Part shown: positions 38,431-50,200 of the stretch, piece after piece
How the letters are laid out: each line of letters begins with the position of its first letter
Position numbering within the stretch: position 1 is the stretch's first letter
Assembly: GCA_964035545.1 (NCBI GenBank)
Contig: OZ037767.1
Location: forward strand, 5,968,707 to 6,032,706
Length of the DNA: 64,000 nt
Origin: Bugula neritina
Lineage: Eukaryota; Animalia; Bryozoa
Direction of reading: 5' to 3'
Notes under the pieces: generated by a model
The model's database searches: none
The model's input: the letters and a program-made list of their open reading frames with translations, nothing else
What the model was told of the DNA's origin: nothing
Made by a program: the position numbers and the translations under genes

Positions 38431-40432
38431 TCATGAGGTTTTAGTGTCAGCTACAGGACTAGACGTGTCATTTGTTTCTGCAGATTCCTTATCACGTCGA
38501 ACTTCTTCCAGGACCTCCTGTGCTTCGTCGTACAGAGCGTCACTTTGAGACTCGAGTTCTTGCAAGGCCGCATCTACTTCATCTATTGTCTCTGATAAGT
38601 TTGCTACCTCTAAAATACAAGAACAATGACTGCAAAACGAAGGAACAGTAGCTATAAGATTAAAGAGAATTGACTAAAAACTTTTCCAAAAGGGCCATGG
38701 GAAATGCCACATGAATTTCTTAACGTATGTGCATAAATTCGCTTCTGTGTTTTCATACATGTGCAGTTGCAGAGAGTTTAAAAATGAAAGTAAAATTAAG
38801 CTATTAAACTATTTTCTGTCTATTAAATATTTTGATTTAGAATTTCTCAAATACATAGGAAGCACTTTAGAACCTCAAATAAAGAACCTGCAATTACAAA
38901 TAACATGAATTAAATATTGAATAATGAACCAAATACTAAATAAAAAAGAAAACACTAATAAATAAATAAACTAAAAAAACTTAATTTGTGTGCAGAAAAA
39001 TGGGACTTACGCTGAGTTTTGCAACAAAAACTCTACAAGCAAAATGACTAATAGGAAAATTTGAATACCTGTTAATTAGTTTAGTTACTGAACATGATGG
39101 AATCATTAATTGAAGAGTTACTCAACTTATTTCTATTTGTAATTATTACAAATAAATCACAGCAGATAAGATATCAAGACATGATCTGACAGAAGTGAGA
39201 TGAGCTCTTACGACTCTAACATGACAATATTATTACAATCTTCTCTAATATTTTACTAATTTACTTCTTTCATCTGTCAGCTTTTATATAATTTACCATA
39301 GTCAAGAATGTGTATAAACCATGATCATCAAGTAAAATTTGAACTAATCTTTGCACCTAATTGCCATAATTATTATAATTACAGATAATACATATATTCC
39401 AAATATCTAAAAATAATATTCCTGTTGATTTTTCAACTTCATATCTCTTGTTGACTCATCAAAGTGGCAATAATATTTTGCGTAACAACAGTATTAAATA
39501 GTTAATCAATGCATGGAGCGAGATACTACAAACTTTTTGGTTGTTTGATTTTAGTAATTAACATGGAAACTATTTCATTCACAATAGCCCTAAATATGAC
39601 AATAGCAATATATCTAATCACAACCACTGATAACTGTTTCTACAACAAGTACAGCCCTCTACTCGTTTAAAAAAAAACCCAACACCAAAGTTTCAAACCA
39701 ATTGTGTACAACAGACTGGATGTATTACTGCCTTAATTCTCAATGACCGATGATTTTTCTGGAGTTTAAGTTTATATTACAATGTACTCATACAGTGAAT
39801 ATTATATAGACATCATTATCATATTCCTGAATATCGATTATGCTCAAAAATTAGGGCAGGTCCTAGGCAGTCTAGCATACTATTTTAGATATTAGTAATA
39901 TTATAAATATTAGTATTTCTAATAGAGGTTGTTGTACCTGTAGTCGTATGCAACTTACACCACATCTCAGCTTTAATCATAATCATTCTGATTCAGTCAT
40001 TCACAAAATTAATTAATAACCTGACTTTAATAGTTTAAATAAAATTCACCATCAGTGGCAATATAAATATGACAATGGAAAAAAACTACATACAAAACAA
40101 TCAGTTCAAGTATGACTATAAATATGAGATAACCATAGTGAGTAACTCACTAACTCAAACTGACTGGACATCTTATTCACTCATAGTTATAATGATAATG
40201 ATTCACTGAAGCTGATGTGGAATCAAATAACAATCACAATCGCAATCTACACTTCAAGTTTAAAATTAATGACTCTTGAAGACTAAAACAGTAAGTAGAT
40301 TAGCTTCCACAGCATACCACTTCCATAAGCTGCCATCATAGTTTCCAGAGTACCATCAGTGTTGGTCTGTTGGATAGTGTCACAATTTTCATTGCAATTC
40401 TCTGCCTTCCCGTTAGATGTCTGATCAGCCAT
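38431..40432 (-). CDS. BBLN: Bublin coiled-coil protein (UPF0184/C9orf16)-like, 2 exons, 97 aa
   Basis: Exons 40432-40318 and 38609-38431 with a phase-1 GT-AG intron. EVANLSETIDEVDAALQELESQSDALYDEAQEVLEEVRR aligns in register with the UPF0184 core as I recall it ([39 protein letters not shown]). Absent from the ORF track. Confidence 0.68.
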
Positions 40433-41295
40433 GGTCAAAAAGTCATGTGATATGACATTGGCAATGAGCTTAGGTACGGAGAAACGATACTTGCATCGTT
40501 GCGCGGGTGTCAGCAGGCTCCACTCTTTCTTTATAAAAATACTTAACTAACAAATGACCTGAGAGTGACCTTACCAATAGAGAGCGCACAGTGAAGTGGG
40601 AATTTCCTGTTGAGTATTCTTAGCGAATAACTAGTACTACAAGTGCAATATAATAACATTTCATTAATTGTAAATATTATTAATAATTTATTAGTTAGGT
40701 TCAAAATTGAAACAGTGAAATCAACAATTTTTGTAACGCTGAATATTAAATATCTAAGTATATTAAAAAAAAACAAATCTCGTGGCTGCTAAGCCGCTTT
40801 CAGTTTTTAAAATTAATGTTTAAGTTGAAGTTCAAGTTGACTGTTGAACTTGAGTTGATGTAATTGTATCAGTCTATCACTATCAGTATCACTCATAACA
40901 TTAACGGTAACCAGATCACTCAGAGTCGGTCTCAGTAATGTCAATGTAATTGTCACATCACTAAGTCTAATCAGAACCAGCCCTGTGTCTCACTCGAAAT
41001 TTTGTAGTCCAATGGCAAGTTATTCCGCAAGTTGAAATAGATACTTACAGTTTTACTAATACGTTAAGTTGATAATATTACAAATAGGAATGCAAATTAT
41101 AAACACTAAAACAAACGTTTCACTGTTATATTCATATTGTAGGTTTCTAGCTTCATTTTTTGTTTCAAGCTTACTTCCAATTCAATGTTTGGTTATTGGG
41201 ATACCCACGCTCACTTTGACTCTCAGTCTCACTCACGGATTTTGAAACTTGAGTGATTGACATTTTGAGTCACATTATTATTGTGTATTACCAAC
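40433..41295. promoter_or_regulatory. Probable bidirectional promoter between BBLN-like (-) and UBR1/2 (+)
   Basis: Start codons are 863 nt apart, head-to-head. Local CpG cluster (gcgcgggt, gagcgcac) and CCAAT at about 40575. Confidence 0.5.
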
Positions 41296-44200
41296 ATGGA
41301 AATGGGCAATAAAAGCATGAGCTTTAAACCTGGTGTGCCCAACGATCGAATAACATCCTATGTCTATGGAGCTTCATTATCAAAGGTACTCAAGTTGATA
41401 TAAGTTATCATTGTAATTGATAGAATAAATTGCGCTTCATTATATTTGATAGTTTATGCTATGAAGTCTTGTTAAAAGACTTATAGTTAGCTTCAATAAC
41501 TTCATTATTATTTAAAGGTAAAAAGTTTCCTAGATAAAAAAATGACATTTAACTCTTCACGTTTTTAGATGTGGCTTACAAAATCATATTTTAATGCTTT
41601 TTGTAGGACTTTAGTAACTTGGAGCAGGTATTACATCACAATTGGGCTGTGTTAGTACCACAGGCATTCAGTAAAGAGATAGTAGCTGAGGAGAGACAGT
41701 AAGACTATTACGCTTGCTACTTTTGTATCTACTAGAATTCTATGTATGTGATTTGTGTATTGCTAGCTTTATGACATGGTCAGACTCAAAGTTGTTCATT
41801 GATTTGGTTATCCTATATTATGGGTTAATTTTTTTCTTAACTGAATATTTTTGACAATAGTAAGTTATATTATGGTTTTATGGAAGTTTAGTAAGTTATA
41901 ATAGAGTTTTATTTATTTATTTATTTATGTTTGTAGAGTCTTGCAGTCACAGCTTATTTATAACATCGAGCTATTTCTGTCCCAAAGTTCAACTCCAAAG
42001 GAAGTATTTGCTAAGTTGAAGGCCGGGAATGCCCCTGACCTGTTTTGTGGGCGGGCTTTTAGGAACGGAGAGCCGACATACAGCTGCAGGGATTGTGCCT
42101 ATGACCCTACCTGCGTACTCTGTATGCAATGCTTTGAGAAAAGTGCACACAAGTCTCACAAATACAGGGTGAGTAGATGATGCAGAGCTGTGCATAGTAT
42201 ATAGTGAGCTGTGCATAGTATATAGTGAGCTGTGTATGGTATATAGTGAGCTGTGTATGGTATATAGTGAGCTGTGTATAGTATATAGTGAGCTGTGTAT
42301 AGTATATAGTGAGCTGTGTATAGTATATAGTGAGCTGTGTATAGTATATAGTGAGCTGTGTATAGTATATAGTGAGCTGTGTATAGTATATAGTGAGCTG
42401 TGTACTCATATAATATAGCCCATGTTCTTTGTTTAAGTGTACACATAGTGTGCGGCCACTCTGTCTGCACCTCCAACTAGTATAGCAGTGTTCATTTTTT
42501 ATCTACTAACCACCAAACTGTCTTGTCTGATTCTTCTCTCAGATACACATGGCAGTACCATCTTTATTCAGCTTCTTTTAGAATGTGCGTCTACTATCTA
42601 CTTGTTGGGTTGCATGTGACTCTGTGTTATCATATTGTAATACTGAAGACCTTGTCACAGTTAACATTATTCAGTACTGAGCAGTATTTAGTACTGAGCA
42701 GTATTTACTAGTTGCTTATATAGCACCTTCTTTAGCTGTTGACTTCAACTGCTTTGTTAAATTTTTTTTCCAATGTATCCAATTTTCCAGCAAAAATCTC
42801 GGATCATTTTAATAAAAAAAATTAACATAATATTTTTGCAGATTTATTGTGAAACTCTTGGTTCAATCAGCTACTAAATCAATCCTGTATTGAATGCTAA
42901 AGGTGAAATATTTTAAACTATGAAATGTATTTAAGCAAAAAACTCTTCCTATGCCACAGTCTGCTTTGTATGGTAGTACGAAAGTACAGTCCTTTGTAGT
43001 ATTAGTTGAAGAATGCAATACTTCTATGGTCAGTAGCTGTGTAGCAACACATATGCACTCACAATGCATCAATAATACTATTAACAGTATTAAGTGAATT
43101 GTATAACTATATTCTCTAATGGTTGCTATAAGTATTTATGTATCTCCAAATCACCACAAAAGTTCTCTTCCTGTAGCTATCATAGACATTTAATGAAGCT
43201 TGTTGAGGATTAATACATCAACTAGTCAACTAACCTTCGTGATTTGCTATTAGACTAATTAACACTATCGAATATACTAGAAATTACCTGTGAAACACAA
43301 GCTTTGTTTGTGATCAATTGTATTCAATATTGCCTAATCAACCAATGAATACGAAGTAGCTTTACATTGCACGAGAGTGTGCTGCTGTGTAGTAAGCAGG
43401 TGCTCTATAGTACTTGCTACTTAATGTCAATAATATGCATGATGCTATCACATGCATAATATGCTGTGTGATATCTGGTGTAATACAATGTCATTGCATA
43501 GGGCCGTGTAGTACTGCAGTTCTTAGAAATTTGGAGACGTTTCTTTATTATTTCAGATAAACACATCGAGTGGTGGTGGGTATTGTGATTGTGGAGATGT
43601 GGATGCGTGGAAGGCATTTCCCGCCTGCTCTGAACACGGCAAAGCTGCCACTACTGACAATCAGGTTTGTAGAATACGCTGCCTCTTCTACTTGCAGTCT
43701 GAGTCAGCAGACTCTATAGAGATCTCTGCACCATATAATGTCTAGCTCATGATCTCTAAGCTGTGATTTCTGTCAGGATTAGAGGTGGTGATTAGAGAGG
43801 TCATTATGACATATGTCGGCTGTATGTGCGGGAATAATCTTGCATCTCCCAGTATCTAGTCTAGTGGTGGGGCTACAAAGCCGAATAACTGCAATACTCT
43901 TATCAAGTTATGTGAGGCGTGAATGCCAGCAGATTAAATCTGGTTATGCACTTAGTAGTACTTGTAGCTATGGTAATATCGGATTGTACTAAGCAGTACT
44001 AGTAATATTCAGTAGTACTGCTAGTACTGCTTTGTACTATTAGTAGTAATAGTCTTAGTAGTACCAAAAGAACTACTAGTACTAATAGTACCAAGCAGTA
44101 CTAGCAGTACTTAGTATTTCGTGCCCAACAGTAAATTTAGATTCTATTAGCATGTTTTAACAACACATCTTCGTACTGTGTTAGTGTAGAAGTAGCAGTA

Positions 44201-47200
44201 AAAGCTGTTAAACCAAGACATTACATTTGTCATAATAGCAGTTATATAAATTGCAAGTATGTTGAAACATAGCCAACAGCTGTAGTACATCTCCAACCTG
44301 TGACGTAATATATTACTACAGCATCAACTTTATATGCTTATCGGCTTTCTGGCTCATTTATTCTTAGCTTCTTATTAGCTACATCTACAACCTAAAGTTA
44401 CAGTATAATTATTATTACTGATGCAATTACTACATAACCAAATTATTGATCATCTAGTCATGCAGTCTTTGCATGGCTAGATATCCACTGGTTGCCACAC
44501 CCCACTTCTTCAGTGATTAAAACTCTTCTCTGAAAGTTAGAGAAAAGTTTATTCACTCTTGAATCATGTTCCTGAAACTTTCTAAAATATTTTGAATTCT
44601 TTTTAAAATATTTTACAAGGTGTAGAAAAAGTTTAACATAGATATATGTGTGTCTGAAATAGTATAACTCCTTTAATTCAATTTGTTGTTTTTTTATGTC
44701 GAATTTCACACCTTTCGTAATATACGACTCATCTTCTGAAGATTTACCAGCCGTTATGTCATTTCCTGTTACAGAACCCGGAGAGCCGGCTGCCGGATGG
44801 CATGGTCCAGAGAGCAGAGGCGCTGTTCCAGTGTATCCTGAGGTACTCCTACCAGGTGCTGTCGTCGGCTCTGGACGCTGACTTACCTGACTCACTGGTG
44901 GAGAAGAATGTCCTCGCTACAGATAGCTACTGCACTATGCTGCTCAATGACGAGATTCACACCTACGAACAGGTAACTTCTGCTGGCCTGGTTGCCCACT
45001 ATGTGGCCCGGCCTTCAACTTTCAGTAGCCCACTCACCCGCTTTAAATGGTCTGGCCGCTTTCTTGTAATGACCTGGCCGCTTTCTTGTAATGGCTTGGC
45101 TGCTTTCTTGTAATGACCTAGCCACGAAATTTCAGTGCTCCAGCCACCTTATAGTGGCCCAGCTACTCTTTTAGTGGCCTGACCACCTTCTTTCTGTGGC
45201 CTGACTATTGAGGTAGCTATACCATGGTTAGCTGCTTGTAGGATCACAGCATGACAGACCCTCTGTTGTGTCTCTACTAACTAGAGTGTAGCATATGTTT
45301 ACGTATGTGCAGGTGATCAGCAGACTGATCAAGGCTGTTGGGGTGACAAACAAGGAGGCTGTAGACTTTGCTACTACAGTAGATAGAGAGGGTCGGGCAC
45401 CTGTGTTTACTGGACCCAAGGCTACATGTCAGAAGTTGTCACAGGAAATACAGGTGAGTTTGTGGTATAACATATACAATATTGCTAACACATTATATAC
45501 TGTGTACAATAGTATATAATATACTGTATACACACAGTAGAATATCATATGTGCAAGTACAGTGCTCTCTCTATATCTCACAGTTCTATTTCTTTCGAAG
45601 TTTCATAGGTCACGGGAAGGGCTTGGACCCCGTTTTTGTGGCCTTTGTATGTGTGTATAGAGACAAAATGGCTGAATTTAACAAATTTATAAGTTAAATC
45701 TGGTATTCTACTGTCACCAATTGAGGTTTCAGGTCCCACAGCTTAGTGAGATACGGAGATGGCAATATATATAATACATATATCTTACGCATGCTTTAAT
45801 AAACTTGTACAGTATACAGCATGTACTGCATAATATACTGCATAGGATCATAGTACAGGGTATATATTATGTGAACAGCACAGCATGTAACCTTCACACT
45901 GCGAGATACTCACAGTATAGTCGAAGCACTCACACACACACACATGTACGCATGCACACTCTCACGCACGCACACACACACACACACACACATGTACGCA
46001 TGCACACTCTCACGCACGCACACACACACACATGTACGCACGCACGCACACTCGCACGCACACATGATTTTAGATTTTTTAAAAGAATAAATCTAACTTA
46101 TTTGTTGGAATGGTACTGAATTGTTCACACAGAATAAATTTTATTCTTCCAGAAGAAGTTTAACCTAAATGACAGCAAGATCCTAGAGGCAGCCGTAATG
46201 CACCATTCATTTGTCTCCCACCAGGACTTTGCTCAGCTTCTGCTCAAGTGGTTGGAGGAAATCATAGACTACTCTGGTAAGTCTAAGCTGGCCAATACCA
46301 AGTCTTTACAAATAGCGGTCTTTTGTTTACAGCATTAATTCATAGACATGCTTTTTTATTCTTCAACAGCCAATGCATGATCAGTTTTTATCTTGTCATT
46401 TAAATGAATATTGAAAACTTGTGGGTTTTGAAAAGCTAGAGTTTGTGATAAACATGGGTATTGTAAGTTGCTTGGGGTAGGAACGAAGTAGAAGAACTAG
46501 GCTAACGTAAACTGCTTTAGTTACATACACTGCGTTTCCAAGCTTCGCATTGTGTGAAAGAATTTTTCATTCAATGTTTGGAAGCCGCAACCACGAATTA
46601 ATCTGTATGAGCATAATTATATTCACATAATGCAAATAATGAAAAACGTAGTAATAATACCTCTGGTGGTGACCAGCTTCTTATCATTCTGAAGTCAACA
46701 ACTTTTAATCTAAAATTGCCAGCATTTTTTTTTAAATTTATAAAAATAATAATGAGTCTCTAGAATTTCATTCTCGTTATTCTCTCTGTTTGTACAGCTG
46801 AGTGAAGTTCTGCATTATGTTCTGAGTACATGATTGTTCTAAAGGGGTCTACATCTTCACCCGTATGTCTGCATGCAGCACCTACCTTGATGTGTATTAC
46901 CCATTTTACTTGTAAGTTGCTCTGATTTGCAGATGGTCTGAGAAAGATCTTCTGCCGAGTGGCCATGGTGCCAGATGAGGATGCGAGTGACATTTCCCTG
47001 TTGGAGAAGATCTTACTTGCTGATACTAGTTTCTGGAAAGGTAACTGCAGAGGGAGTGTGCTGTATTGGTTGATTTTTAAACCTTGTAATCAATTCCTCT
47101 GAATTCAATCGAATACTGAATTGCATACATTGTGCTGACAAACTTCCTTAAAGCTTTCAAGTTTAAAAATGTTTCAGTTGATGTATTCTGACATTCTTGT

Positions 47201-50200
47201 TATAATTGCATGTCTAAAGAGTTATGCATGTAGTTTTAGGGCAATACCTTTATTCATCATGATCGGTGTAATGAAGATACAGTCTTAAATTTCAAATTTC
47301 ATTTTGCGTAGAAAATGTATAAATAAGGCAATAATTTGCAAAGAAACAACTTACCTATCTTTTACCATGTAGAAAGAGCTAGTGTGTTGTATATTTTCTT
47401 TTTATTTCTCATATGCATAAACAATAATCTTCCACCACTGCTATGACCATTCAATACTGGCTGTGAAATAACTCAACCTTTCTTTTTTATTTGTTTTTTT
47501 TAAGATGGCGTTTACGATTAATGCTCTTATATAAACTAGAACTTGCACTATGATAGCCTAATATTCCTAGCCCACTCAGTTGATTTCAAGGGTGGCTGTA
47601 TGAAACCCCCATGTTGATGTTGCAGCTGTCAGACTGCAGTTTCACCAACTCTTTATGACTGGAGTATTCAAAGACGTGGAGAGTAAGACGCAGTTTGCCA
47701 TCCTCCTCACCAAACACTACATAGATCTGTACCGTGACTTTGTCAGGGATGATCACTACAGGACAGTGTCCGCTACAGCTGTTACCGTGCAGGTCTACAC
47801 TGTCACTCCCATAGTATGTATATATGTATACAGTGTGTAGTGTATACAGTAGCTATAGTATGTACAGTCTGTGGTGGCTGTTGATTCAACAATTTCAATT
47901 AATTTTTGTTATAAACTGTAATACAAATGGTATAATACAGTTACTGTGTAATAGATATGATATACAGATACTGTGTAATAGATATGATACAGTTACTGTG
48001 TAATATATATGATACAGTTACTGTGTAACAGATATAATATACAGTGACTGTGTAATAGATATGATACAGTGACTGTGTAATAGATATAATACAGTTACTG
48101 TGTAATAGATATGCTATACAGTTACTGTGTAATGATAGGCTAAAGTGCTGATAGAGAAACACAGACTGATTGAAGTCATACTCAAAACACTTCTAAAAGA
48201 AAGCGAAAGGTGGAAAAACGGTTGGTTTTATTTTGTCTTCTCAGAAGTACTATAAATAGACTGATCTATGCCCATGTAATATATACACACTGTAGTTTAT
48301 ATACCTATCTACATGTGTACATACTATCATATATCCGTACGCCTGTCTACATTATACACAGTGTATATACGTACATCTGCCTATATAAACATGCACCTGT
48401 ATACACAGTACATACGTATGCTTTTAGACAAGGGTATATTGGATTTTCAGTCAAGACGAGATAGTGAAGCGTATGCCATATTTAAAAGAGCCCAGTTTGT
48501 GATACATGACTTAAAGTAAGTCTACAATTTACTTTGTGTATGTGTAATGCATGAACAGTATACCTTGTCATTGTAGTGAATTCTCATAAATTTATTCTCA
48601 GGTTTATGGGCATCATGTGCACCTCTTATATACGCATTCTTTTACTTAGCTATTTCTTACATCTGTAGCCAGTATGTGTCCAGTACTTACCTTTGTATCC
48701 AGTTTGTATCTAGTACTTACCTTTGTATCCAGTTTGTATCTAGTACTTACCTTTGTATCCAGTTTGTATCTAGTACTTACCTTTGTGGCCAGTACTTACC
48801 TTTATATCACTACTTACTATTGTATCCAGTACTTACCTTTGTAGTCAGTATGTAGTCAGTACTTACCTTTGTAGATATGCTCTCGGTTGCACACTCAACA
48901 ACCCGCAGTGGACTCCAGACTTGCAAAGCTCTTTCCTAAATGGATTCACCACTTTCTTGGAGTTGCTTACCCAGATTCAAGTGAGCCTCTGCGTAGTTCT
49001 TTCACTTGTATATTGTAAGATACACTGGAAGATCTAGAATTCATATTAAGTTTTATGGAAGGGTTTGATGCGCATGCCTTTTCTAATCTCTATTGCATGC
49101 ATTTTCTAGTTGCAATATCATGAATATTTCTTGCTTTTCGTCTATGAAAAATGAGTAATACTTTCTATCTGCTTTGTCTGCTAGTGTTTTCATCTCATCA
49201 GAAATCTGCCCTTTATTTTACTCAAATCTGAATAGTTGAAGTAAATGAATGGTTAACTATTCTATAAACAGCTGCTAAAAAGTTATAACACAGTTACCAC
49301 TGAATACACTTAGTAGTCTTAGCAACCGCCATTTTATATTTTCAACAGGATTCGGTTTTTCAACAGAATCAAATGTTTTTGCTGTTTTACACATTATTTC
49401 ACATTTGTTGTTGTGTTGGAAGTTGTCCCATCTCTGTACTGTGAATACAGTGAGGTAATGTTTTGCCAGGGAATGGATGCAGCTAAGAGGTTTACCACTC
49501 ACCACATAGAGTATGAGATGGAGTGGGAGACGGCCTTCACCTTACAGCTCAAGCTAACCGATATCATCACGCTGTTCATACAGCACTGTAGGACCAGTCC
49601 CGAGGTGCTAGTCTCCGCATACGCCGCCATACTGCGTTACATGCCAAAGTATACTATCTATACTAATGAGATTACAAGTGAGTGCTGCCTTTCTAGGACG
49701 CTGTTTACTGTTCTGTGATGAGAACTGGTGGGATTGTACTTGTGGCATTTTATGCATATCCTTTCTGTTTTTATTGTATTTCCACTGTTTATTGAAAGAA
49801 TTAAGTGCATTTCAACAAGTTTTAAAATGTGTTGTACTGTTAACTTGTTAAACTGGTGGTAAGCCCTGATGGAATTGCACCTGTAAGATAGTGTATTGTG
49901 TTTAATGCTTTTTATTATGTTTTGGGCATTTACAAATAGAATTAATCGCATTTAAACAATTTTTACACCGTGTTTTGCTGATTAATCGTTGAATGAAATT
50001 TAAACTGCATATTGTATGGGAATTATGTTACACAGTTGCCGGGCACTCTGCCAACTGCTGTGTGTTTGACGTGGGTGGTCCTGAGAAATGTGTCAGCATA
50101 CATCTTCCTCTCCACAGACTACTTGCTGGTCTCAACCACCACCTGCCACCAGATGTCAACTATACCAGCCCTCAGTTCGCTCCTATGGTAGGTGTTTTGT

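Noticed and set aside
42107-42476. Repetitive ORFs and a CRISPR-like appearance of the arrays (also 50119-50455 and 55644-55870)
   Set aside because: Head-to-tail minisatellites with no unique spacers, in eukaryotic introns, with no cas genes.
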